A stretch of DNA of 64,000 nucleotides from the human T2T-CHM13v2.0 reference genome, Homo sapiens: NCBI RefSeq assembly GCF_009914755.1, contig NC_060939.1. One strand, written 5' to 3'. The position numbers and the translations under genes are program-made. The notes under the pieces were generated by a model that ran no database searches, was not told the DNA's origin, and saw only the letters and a list, made by a program, of their open reading frames with translations. Shown piece by piece: positions 39,701 to 52,500 of this stretch (within the stretch, counting starts at the first letter, position 1; each line of letters opens with the position of its first letter).

Positions 39701-42700
39701 CATGTGATGCATCTCTTGCCTAGGCTTTGCCTACCGGGGACATTGTGACATATCTCTGCACTGATCTCCCAGGTGCTGTAACTTTAGTCTAGGCTCTGGC
39801 TACACGGCATTGTGACATATCACTGCACTGATCAACCAGGTGATATAACTCTTGTATAGGCTCTGCCTACAGGGGGATTGTGACCTACCTCTGCACTGAT
39901 CACCCAGGTGATATAACTCTTCTCTAGGATCTTCCTACAGTGTACTTTGTGACATATCCCTGCACTGATCACCCAGGTGATCTATCTCTGGTCTAAGCTC
40001 TGCCTAAAGGGGCATTGTGACAGATCTCTGCACTGATCACTCAGGTGATGTAAGTATTGTCTAGGCTCTGCTTCAAGGGGCCTTGTCACATATCTCTGCA
40101 CTGATCACCCAGGTGATGTAACTCTTGTCTAGGCTCTGCTTCCAGGGCATATTGTGACATATCTATGCACTGATCACCTTAGTGATGTAACACTTTGGTA
40201 GGCTCGGCCTACACGGGAATCTTGACATATATCTGCACTGTTAACCGAGGTGATTTAACTCTTGTCTAGGCTGTGCCCACAGGGGGATTGAGACATATCT
40301 CTGCACTGATCCCGAGGTGATACAACTCTTGCCTGGTCTCTGCCTACTGTGGACATTGTGACATATCTCTGCACTGATCTCTCAGGTGCTGTAACTTTAG
40401 TCTAGGCTCTGGCTACACGGCATTGTGACATATCACTGCACTGATCACCCAGGCGATATAACTCTTCTCTAGGATCTGACCACAGGGTGCTTTGTGACAT
40501 ATCCCTGCAATGATCACCCAGGTGATATACCACTTGCCAAGGCTCTGCCTACAGGGGCATTGCAATGTATCTCTGCACTGATCACCTAGGTCTTGTAGCT
40601 ATTTTCTAGGATCTGCCTACAGGGTGCTTTGTGACGTGTCCCAGCAAGGATTACCCAGGTGATGTACCTCTCATCAAGGCTCTGCCTACAGGCACATTGT
40701 GATGTATCTCTGCACTGATCACCTAGGTCATGTAACTTTTTTCTAGGCTCTACCTACGATGGCATTGTGACATATCTCTGCACTAATCATCCAAGTGATG
40801 TAACTCTTGTCTAGGATGTGCCTAAATTAACTTTTTGACATAACCCTGTACTGATCATCCAGGTGATGGAGCTTTTGTCTAGGCTCTGCCTAAGGGGGCA
40901 TTGTGACATATTTCTGCATTGATCACCCAGGTGGCGAACTCTTCTCTCGGATCTGCCTATGGGGGCATTGTTAGAAATCTCTGCACTGATCACCCAGGTG
41001 ATGTAACTGTTGTGTAACCTCTGCCTACAGGGGAATTGTGAGAGATCTCGTCAATGATTACCCAAGGGATGTAACCGTTGTCTAGGCTTTGCATACAGGG
41101 GGCTTTGTGACATACCTTTGCACTGATCACCCAGGTGATGTAACACATCTAAGTTCGGCCTAAAGGAGCTTTGTGACATATCTCTGCACTGATCACTTAG
41201 GTGATGTAACACTTTTATAATCACTGCCTACAGGGAATTTTGACAAATCTCTACACTGATCACCTAGGTGATGTAACTCTTGTCTACCCTCTGTCCAACG
41301 GGGCATTGTGAAATATCTCTGCACTGATCACCCAGGTGATTCAACTCCTGACTAGGAACTGACTACAGAGGTTATTGTGAAATATCTCTGCACTGATAAA
41401 CTAGGTGGTGTAACCCTTGTCCAAGCTCTGCCTACAGGGGCGTTTCCACATATCCCTGAACTGATGACAGAGGTGATGTAACTCTTGCCTAGGCTTTGCC
41501 TACAGGGAACATTGGACATATATCTGCACTGATCACCCAGGTGATGCAACTCTTGCCTAGGCTTTGCCTACAGGGGACATTGTGACATATCTCTTCAATG
41601 ATCACTCATGTGATGCATCTCTTGCCTAGGCTTTGCCTACAGGGGACATTGTGACATATCTCTGCACTGATTTCCCAGGTGTTGTAACTTTAGTCTAGGC
41701 TCTGGCTACACGGCATTGTGACATATCACTGCACTGATCAACCAGGTGATATAACTCTTGTATAGGCTCTGCCTACAGGGGGATTTTGACCTACCTCTGC
41801 ACTGATCACCCAGGTGATATAACTCTTCTCTAGGATCTTCCTACAGGGTACTTTGTGACATATTCCTGCACTGATCACCCAGGTGATCTATCTCTGGTCT
41901 AAGCTCTGCCTAAAGGGGCATTGTGACAGATCTCTGCACTGATCACTCTGGTGATGTAAGTATTGTCTAGGCTCTGCTTCAAGGGGCCTTGTCACATATC
42001 TCTGCACTGATCACCCAGGTGATGTAACTCTTGTCTAGGCTCTGCTTCCAGGGCATATTGTGACATATCTATGCACTGATCACCTTAGTGATGTAACACT
42101 TTGGTAGGCTCGGCCTACAGGGGAATCTTGACATATCTCTGCACTGTTAACCGAGGTGATTTAACTCTTGTCTAGGCTGTGCCCACAGGGGGATTGAGAC
42201 ATATCTCTGCACTGATCCCGAGGTGATACAATTCTTGCCTGGTCTCTGCCTACTGTGGACATTGGGACATATCGCTGCACTGATCTCCCAGGTGCTGTAA
42301 CTTTAGTCTAGGCTCTGGCTACACGGCATTGTGACATATCACTGCACTGATCACCCAGGCGATATAACTCTTCTCTAGGATCTGACCACAGGGTGCTTTG
42401 TGACATATCCCTGCAATGATCACCCAGGTGATATACCACTTGCCTAGGCTCTGCCTACAGGGGCATTGCAATGTATCTCTGCACTGATCACCTAGGTCTT
42501 GTAGCTATTTTCCAGGATCTGCCTACAGGGTGCTTTGTGACGTGTCCCAGCAAGGATTACCCAGGTGATGTACCTCTCATCAAGGCTCTGCCTACAGGCA
42601 CATTGTGATGTATCTCTGCACTGATCACCTAGGTCATGTAAATTTTGTCTAGGCTCTACCTACGATGGCATTGTGACATATCTCTGCACTAATCATCCAA

Positions 42701-45700
42701 GTGATGTAACTCTTGTCTAGGATGTGCCTAAATTAACTTTTTGACATAACCCTGTACTGATCATCCAGGTGATGGAGCTTTTGTCTAGGCTCTGCCTAAG
42801 GGGGCATTGTGACATATTTCTGCATTGATCACCCAGGTGGCGAACTCTTCTCTCGGATCTGCCTATGGGGGCATTGTGAGAAATCTGTGCACTGATAACC
42901 CAGGTGATGTAACTGTTGTGTAAGCTCTGCCTACAGGGGAATTGTGAGAGATCTCGTCACTGATTACACAAGTGATGTAACCGTTGTCTAGGCTTTGCAT
43001 ACAGGGGGCTTTGTGACATACCTTTGCACTGATCACCCAGGTGATGTAACACATCTAAGTTCGGCCTAAAGGAGCTTTGTGACATATCTCTGTACTGATC
43101 ACTTAGGTGATGTAACACTTTTATAATCACTTCCTACAGGGAATTTTGACAAATCTCTGCTCTGATCACCTAGGTGATGTAACACTTGTCTCCCCTCTGT
43201 CCAACGGGGCATTGTGAAATATCTCTGCACTGATCACCCAGGTGATTCAACTCTTGACTAGGAACTGCCTACAGAGGTTATTGTGAAATATCTCTGCACT
43301 GATAAACTAGGTGGTGTAAACCTTTTCCAAGCGCTGCCTACAGGGGTGTGTCCACATATCCCTGAACTGATGACAAAGGTGATGTAACTCTGGCCTAGGC
43401 TTTGCCTACAGGGTACATTGGACATATATCTGCACTGATAACCCAGGTGATGCAACTCTTGCCTAGGCTTTGCCTACAGGGGACATTGTGACATATCTCT
43501 TCAATGATCACTCATGTGATGCATCTCTTGCCTAGGCTTTGCCTACCGGGGACATTGTGACATATCTCTGCACTGATCTCCCAGGTGCTGTAACTTTAGT
43601 CTAGGCTCTGGCTACACGGCATTGTGACATATCACTGCACTGATCAACCAGGTGATATAACTCTTGTATAGGCTCTGCCTACAGGGGGATTGTGACCTAC
43701 CTCTGCACTGATCACCCAGGTGATATAACTCTTCTCTAGGATCTTCCTACAGTGTACTTTGTGACATATCCCTGCACTGATCACCCAGGTGATCTATCTC
43801 TGGTCTAAGCTCTGCCTAAAGGGGCATTGTGACAGATCTCTGCACTGATCACTCAGGTGATGTAAGTATTGTCTAGGCTCTGCTTCAAGGGGCCTTGTCA
43901 CATATCTCTGCACTGATCACCCAGGTGATGTAACTCTTGTCTAGGCTCTGCTTCCAGGGCATATTGTGACATATCTATGCACTGATCACCTTAGTGATGT
44001 AACACTTTGGTAGGCTCGGCCTACACGGGAATCTTGACATATATCTGCACTGTTAACCGAGGTGATTTAACTCTTGTCTAGGCTGTGCCCACAGGGGTAT
44101 TGAGACATATCTCTGCACTGATCCCGAGGTGATACAACTCTTGCCTGGTCTCTGCCTACTGTGGACATTGTGACATATCTCTGCACTGATCTCTCAGGTG
44201 CTGTAACTTTAGTCTAGGCTCTGGCTACACGGCATTGTGACATATCACTGCACTGATCACCCAGGCGATATAACTCTTCTCTAGGATCTGACCACAGGGT
44301 GCTTTGTGACATATCCCTGCAATGATCACCCAGGTGATATACCACTTGCCAAGGCTCTGCCTACAGGGGCATTGCAATGTATCTCTGCACTGATCACCTA
44401 GGTCTTGTAGCTATTTTCTAGGATCTGCCTACAGGGTGCTTTGTGACGTGTCCCAGCAAGGATTACCCAGGTGATGTACCTCTCATCAAGGTTCTGCCTA
44501 CAGGCACATTGTGATGTATCTCTGCACTGATCACCTAGGTCATGTAACTTTTTTCTAGGCTCTACCTACGATGGCATTGTGACATATCTCTGCACTAATC
44601 ATCCAAGTGATGTAACTCTTGTCTAGGATGTGCCTAAATTAACTTTTTGACATAACCCTGTACTGATCATCCAGGTGATGGAGCTTTTGCCTAGGCTCTG
44701 CCTAAGGGGGCATTGTGACGTATTTCTGCATTGATCACCCAGGTGGCGAACTCTTCTCTCGGATCTGCCTATGGGGGCATTGTTAGAAATCTCTGCACTG
44801 ATCACTCAGGTGATGTAACTGTTGTGTAACCTCTGCCTACAGGGGAATTGTGAGAGATCTCGTCAATGATTACCCAAGGGATGTAACCGTTGTCTAGGCT
44901 TTGCATACAGGGGGCTTTGTGACATACCTTTGCACTGATCACCCAGGTGATGTAACACATCTAAGTTCGGCCTAAAGGAGCTTTGTGACATATCTCTGCA
45001 CTGATCACTTAGGTGATGTAACACTTTTATAATCACTGCCTACAGGGAATTTTGACAAATCTCTGCACTGATCACCTAGGTGATGTAACTCTTGTCTACC
45101 CTCTGTCCAACGGGGCATTGTGAAATATCTCTGCACTGATCACCCAGGTGATTCAACTCCTGACTAGGAACTGCCTACAGAGGTTATTGTGAAATATCTC
45201 TGCACTGATAAACTAGGTGGTGTAACCCTTGTCCAAGCTCTGCCTACAGGGGCGTTTCCACATATCCCTGAACTGATGACAGAGGTGATGTAACTCTTGC
45301 CTAGGCTTTGCCTACAGGGAACATTGGACATATATCTGCACTGATCACCCAGGTGATGCAACTCTTGCCTAGGCTTTGCCTACAGGGGACATTGTGACAT
45401 ATCTCTTCAATGATCACTCATGTGATGCATCTCTTGCCTAGGCTTTGCCTACAGGGGACATTGTGACATATCTCTGCACTGATTTCCCAGGTGTTGTAAC
45501 TTTAGTCTAGGCTCTGGCTACACGGCATTGTGACATATCACTGCACTGATCAACCAGGTGATATAACTCTTGTATAGGCTCTGCCTACAGGGGGATTTTG
45601 ACCTACCTCTGCACTGATCACCCAGGTGATATAACTCTTCTCTAGGATCTTCCTACAGGGTACTTTGTGACATATTCCTGCACTGATCACCCAGGTGATC

Positions 45701-48700
45701 TATCTCTGGTCTAAGCTCTGCCTAAAGGGGCATTGTGACAGATCTCTGCACTGATCACTCTGGTGATGTAAGTATTGTCTAGGCTCTGCTTCAAGGGGCC
45801 TTGTCACATATCTCTGCACTGATCACCCAGGTGATGTAACTCTTGTCTAGGCTCTGCTTCCAGGGCATATTGTGACATATCTATGCACTGATCACCTTAG
45901 TGATGTAACACTTTGGTAGGCTCGGCCTACAGGGGAATCTTGACATATCTCTGCACTGTTAACCGAGGTGATTTAACTCTTGTCTAGGCTGTGCCCACAG
46001 GGGGATTGAGACATATCTCTGCACTGATCCCGAGGTGATACAATTCTTGCCTGGTCTCTGCCTACTGTGGACATTGGGACATATCGCTGCACTGATCTCC
46101 CAGGTGCTGTAACTTTAGTCTAGGCTCTGGCTACACGGCATTGTGACATATCACTGCACTGATCACCCAGGCGATATAACTCTTCTCTAGGATCTGACCA
46201 CAGGGTGCTTTGTGACATATCCCTGCAATGATCACCCAGGTGATATACCACTTGCCTAGGCTCTGCCTACAGGGGCATTGCAATGTATCTCTGCACTGAT
46301 CACCTAGGTCTTGTAGCTATTTTCCAGGATCTGCCTACAGGGTGCTTTGTGACGTGTCCCAGCAAGGATTACCCAGGTGATGTACCTCTCATCAAGGCTC
46401 TGCCTACAGGCACATTGTGATGTATCTCTGCACTGATCACCTAGGTCATGTAAATTTTGTCTAGGCTCTACCTACGATGGCATTGTGACATATCTCTGCA
46501 CTAATCATCCAAGTGATGTAACTCTTGTCTAGGATGTGCCTAAATTAACTTTTTGACATAACCCTGTACTGATCATCCAGGTGATGGAGCTTTTGTCTAG
46601 GCTCTGCCTAAGGGGGCATTGTGACATATTTCTGCATTGATCACCCAGGTGGCGAACTCTTCTCTCGGATCTGCCTATGGGGGCATTGTGAGAAATCTGT
46701 GCACTGATAACCCAGGTGATGTAACTGTTGTGTAAGCTCTGCCTACAGGGGAATTGTGAGAGATCTCGTCACTGATTACACAAGTGATGTAACCGTTGTC
46801 TAGGCTTTGCATACAGGGGGCTTTGTGACATACCTTTGCACTGATCACCCAGGTGATGTAACACATCTAAGTTCGGCCTAAAGGAGCTTTGTGACATATC
46901 TCTGTACTGATCACTTAGGTGATGTAACACTTTTATAATCACTTCCTACAGGGAATTTTGACAAATCTCTGCTCTGATCACCTAGGTGATGTAACACTTG
47001 TCTCCCCTCTGTCCAACGGGGCATTGTGAAATATCTCTGCACTGATCACCCAGGTGATTCAACTCTTGACTAGGAACTGCCTACAGAGGTTATTGTGAAA
47101 TATCTCTGCACTGATAAACTAGGTGGTGTAAACCTTTTCCAAGCGCTGCCTACAGGGGTGTGTCCACATATCCCTGAACTGATGACAAAGGTGATGTAAC
47201 TCTGGCCTAGGCTTTGCCTACAGGGTACATTGGACATATATCTGCACTGATAACCCAGGTGATGCAACTCTTGCCTAGGCTTTGCCTACAGGGGACATTG
47301 TGACATATCTCTTCAATGATCACTCATGTGATGCATCTCTTGCCTAGGCTTTGCCTACCGGGGACATTGTGACATATCTCTGCACTGATCTCCCAGGTGC
47401 TGTAACTTTAGTCTAGGCTCTGGCTACACGGCATTGTGACATATCACTGCACTGATCAACCAGGTGATATAACTCTTGTATAGGCTCTGCCTACAGGGGG
47501 ATTGTGACCTACCTCTGCACTGATCACCCAGGTGATATAACTCTTCTCTAGGATCTTCCTACAGTGTACTTTGTGATATATCCCTGCACTGATCACCCAG
47601 GTGATCTATCTCTGGTCTAAGCTCTGCCTAAAGGGGCATTGTGACAGATCTCTGCACTGATCACTCAGGTGATGTAAGTATTGTCTAGGCTCTGCTTCAA
47701 GGGGCCTTGTCACATATCTCTGCACTGATCACCCAGGTGATGTAACTCTTGTCTAGGCTCTGCTTCCAGGGCATATTGTGACATATCTATGCACTGATCA
47801 CCTTAGTGATGTAACACTTTGGTAGGCTCGGCCTACACGGGAATCTTGACATATATCTGCACTGTTAACCGAGGTGATTTAACTCTTGTCTAGGCTGTGC
47901 CCACAGGGGTATTGAGACATATCTCTGCACTGATCCCGAGGTGATACAACTCTTGCCTGGTCTCTGCCTACTGTGGACATTGTGACATATCTCTGCACTG
48001 ATCTCTCAGGTGCTGTAACTTTAGTCTAGGCTCTGGCTACACGGCATTGTGACATATCACTGCACTGATCACCCAGGCGATATAACTCTTCTCTAGGATC
48101 TGACCACAGGGTGCTTTGTGACATATCCCTGCAATGATCACCCAGGTGATATACCACTTGCCAAGGCTCTGCCTACAGGGGCATTGCAATGTATCTCTGC
48201 ACTGATCACCTAGGTCTTGTAGCTATTTTCTAGGATCTGCCTACAGGGTGCTTTGTGACGTGTCCCAGCAAGGATTACCCAGGTGATGTACCTCTCATCA
48301 AGGTTCTGCCTACAGGCACATTGTGATGTATCTCTGCACTGATCACCTAGGTCATGTAACTTTTTTCTAGGCTCTACCTACGATGGCATTGTGACATATC
48401 TCTGCACTAATCATCCAAGTGATGTAACTCTTGTCTAGGATGTGCCTAAATTAACTTTTTGACATAACCCTGTACTGATCATCCAGGTGATGGAGCTTTT
48501 GCCTAGGCTCTGCCTAAGGGGGCATTGTGACGTATTTCTGCATTGATCACCCAGGTGGCGAACTCTTCTCTCGGATCTGCCTATGGGGGCATTGTTAGAA
48601 ATCTCTGCACTGATCACTCAGGTGATGTAACTGTTGTGTAACCTCTGCCTACAGGGGAATTGTGAGAGATCTCGTCAATGATTACCCAAGGGATGTAACC

Positions 48701-49588
48701 GTTGTCTAGGCTTTGCATACAGGGGGCTTTGTGACATACCTTTGCACTGATCACCCAGGTGATGTAACACATCTAAGTTCGGCCTAAAGGAGCTTTGTGA
48801 CATATCTCTGCACTGATCACTTAGGTGATGTAACACTTTTATAATCACTGCCTACAGGGAATTTTGACAAATCTCTGCACTGATCACCTAGGTGATGTAA
48901 CTCTTGTCTACCCTCTGTCCAACGGGGCATTGTGAAATATCTCTGCACTGATCACCCAGGTGATTCAACTCCTGACTAGGAACTGCCTACAGAGGTTATT
49001 GTGAAATATCTCTGCACTGATAAACTAGGTGGTGTAACCCTTGTCCAAGCTCTGCCTACAGGGGCGTTTCCACATATCCCTGAACTGATGACAGAGGTGA
49101 TGTAACTCTTGCCTAGGCTTTGCCTACAGGGAACATTGGACATATATCTGCACTGATCACCCAGGTGATGCAACTCTTGCCTAGGCTTTGCCTACAGGGG
49201 ACATTGTGACATATCTCTTCAATGATCACTCATGTGATGCATCTCTTGCCTAGGCTTTGCCTACAGGGGACATTGTGACATATCTCTGCACTGATTTCCC
49301 AGGTGTTGTAACTTTAGTCTAGGCTCTGGCTACACGGCATTGTGACATATCACTGCACTGATCAACCAGGTGATATAACTCTTGTATAGGCTCTGCCTAC
49401 AGGGGGATTTTGACCTACCTCTGCACTGATCACCCAGGTGATATAACTCTTCTCTAGGATCTTCCTACAGGGTACTTTGTGACATATTCCTGCACTGATC
49501 ACCCAGGTGATCTATCTCTGGTCTAAGCTCTGCCTAAAGGGGCATTGTGACAGATCTCTGCACTGATCACTCTGGTGATGTAAGTATT
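24744..49588. repeat. Super-repeat copy 1 (13 HORs, 24,778 bp)
   Basis: An ordered set of rare variants in this block recurs downstream at +24778 (first part) and +20966 (later part); see findings. Confidence 0.85.
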
Positions 49589-52500
49589 TTCTAGGCTCTG
49601 CTTCAAGGGGCCTTGTCACATATCTCTGCACTGATCACCCAGGTGATGTAACTCTTGTCTAGGCTCTGCTTCCAGGGCATATTGTGACATATCTATGCAC
49701 TGATCACCTTAGTGATGTAACACTTTGGTAGCCTCGGCCTACAGGGGAATCTTGACAAATCTCTGCACTGTTAACCGAGGTGATTTAACTCTTGTCTAGG
49801 CTGTGCCCACAGGGGGATTGAGACATATCTCTGCACTGATCCCGAGGTGATACAACTCTTGCCTGGTCTCTGCCTACTGTGGACATTGTGACATATCTCT
49901 GCACTGATCTCCCAGGTGCTGTAACTTTAGTCTAGGCTCTGGTTACACGGCATTGTGACATATAACTGCACTGATCACCCAGGCGATATAACTCTTCTCT
50001 AGGATCTGACCACAGGGTGCTTTGTGACATATCCCTGCAATGATCACCCAGGTGATATACCACTTGCCAAGGCTCTGCCTACAGGGGTATTGCAATGTAT
50101 CTCTGCACTGATCACCTAGGTCTTGTAGCTATTTTCTAGGATCTGCCTACAGGGTGCTTTGTGAGGTGTCCCAGCAAGGATTACCCAGGTGATGTACCTC
50201 TCATCAAGGCTCTGCCTACAGGCACATTGTGATGTATCTCTGCACTGATCACCTAGGTCATGTAACTATTTTCTAGGCTCTACCTACGATGGCATTGTGA
50301 CATATCTCTGCACTAATCATCCAAGTGATGTAACTCTTGTCTAGGATGTGCCTAAATTAACTTTTTGACATAACCCTGTACTGATCATCCAGGTGATGGA
50401 GCTTTTGTCTAGGCTCTGCCTAAGGGGGCATTGTGACATATTTCTGCATTGATCACCCAGGTGGCGAATTCTTCTCTCGGATCTGCCTATGGGGGCATTG
50501 TGAGAAATCTCTGCACTGATCACCCAGGTGATGTAACTGTTGTGTAACCTCTGCCTACAGGGGAACTGTGAGAGATCTCGTCACTGATTACCCAAGTGAT
50601 GTAACCGTTCTCTAGGCTTTGCATACAGGGGGCTTTGTGACATACCTTTGCACTGATCACCCAGGTGATGTAACACATCTAAGTTCGGCCTAAAGGAGCT
50701 TTGTGACTTATCTCTCCACTGATCACTTAGGTGATGTAACACTTTTATAATCACTGCCTACAGGGAATTTTGACAAATCTCTGCACTGATCACCTAGGTG
50801 ATGTAACTCTTGTCTACCCTCTGTCCAACGGGGCATTGTGAAATATCTCTGCACTGATCACCCAGGTGATTCAACTCCTGACTAGGAACTGCCTACAGAG
50901 GTTATTGTGAAATATCTCTGCACTGATAAACTAGGTGGTGTAACCCTTGTCCAAGCTCTGCCTACAGGGGCGTTTCCACATATCCCTGAACTGATGACAG
51001 AGGTGATGTAACTCTTGCCTAGGCTTTGCCTACAGGGAACATTGGACATATATCTGCACTGATCACCCAGGTGATGCAACTCTTGCCTAGGCTTTGCCTA
51101 CAGGGGACATTGTGACATATCTCTTCAATGATCACTCATGTGATGCATCTCTTGCCTAGGCTTTGCCTACAGGGGACATTGTGACATATCTCTGCACTGA
51201 TTTCCCAGGTGTTGTAACTTTAGTCTAGGCTCTGGCTACACGGCATTGTGACATATCACTGCACTGATCAACCAGGTGATATAACTCTTGTATAGGCTCT
51301 GCCTACAGGGGGATTTTGACCTACCTCTGCACTGATCACCCAGGTGATATAACTCTTCTCTAGGATCTTCCTACAGGGTACTTTGTGACATATTCCTGCA
51401 CTGATCACCCAGGTGATCTATCTCTGGTCTAAGCTCTGCCTAAAGGGGCATTGTGACAGATCTCTGCACTGATCACTCTGGTGATGCAAGTATTGTCTAG
51501 GCTCTGCTTCAAGGGGCCTTGTCACATATCTCTGCACTGATCACCCAGGTGATGTAACTCTTGTCTAGGCTCTGCTTCCAGGGCATATTGTGACATATCT
51601 ATGCACTGATCACCTTAGTGATGTAACACTTTGGTAGGCTCGGCCTACAGGGGAATCTTGACATATCTCTGCACTGTTAACCGAGGTGATTTAACTCTTC
51701 TCTAGGCTGTGCCCACAGGGGGATTGAGACATATCTCTGCACTGATCCCGAGGTGATACAATTCTTGCCTGGTCTCTGCCTACTGTGGACATTGGGACAT
51801 ATCGCTGCACTGATCTCCCAGGTGCTGTAACCTTAGTCTAGGCTCTGGCTACACGGCATTGTGACATATCACTGCACTGATCACCCAGGCGATATAACTC
51901 TTCTCTAGGATCTGACCACTGGGTGCTTTGTGACATATCCCTGCAATGGTCACCCAGGTGATATACCACTTGCCAAGGCTCTGCCTACAGGGGCATTGCA
52001 ATGTATCTCTGCACTGATCACCTAGGTCTTGTAGCTATTTTCTAGGATCTGCCTACAGGGTGCTTTGTGACGTGTCCCAGCAAGGATTACCCAGGTGATG
52101 TACCTCTCATCAAGGCTCTGCCTACAGGCACATTGTGATGTATCTCTGCACTGATCACCTAGGTCATGTAAATTTTGTCTAGGCTCTACCTACGATGGCA
52201 TTGTGACATATCTCTGCACTAATCATCCAAGTGATGTAACTCTTGTCTAGGATGTGCCTAAATTAACTTTTTGACATAACCCTGTACTGATCATCCAGGT
52301 GATGGAGCTTTTGTCTAGGCTCTGCCTAAGGGGGCATTGTGACATATTTCTGCATTGATCACCCAGGTGGCGAACTCTTCTCTCGGATCTGCCTATGGGG
52401 GCATTGTGAGAAATCTCTGCACTGATAACCCAGGTGATGTAACTGTTGTGTAAGCTCTGCCTACAGGGGAATTGTGAGAGATCTCGTCACTGATTACACA

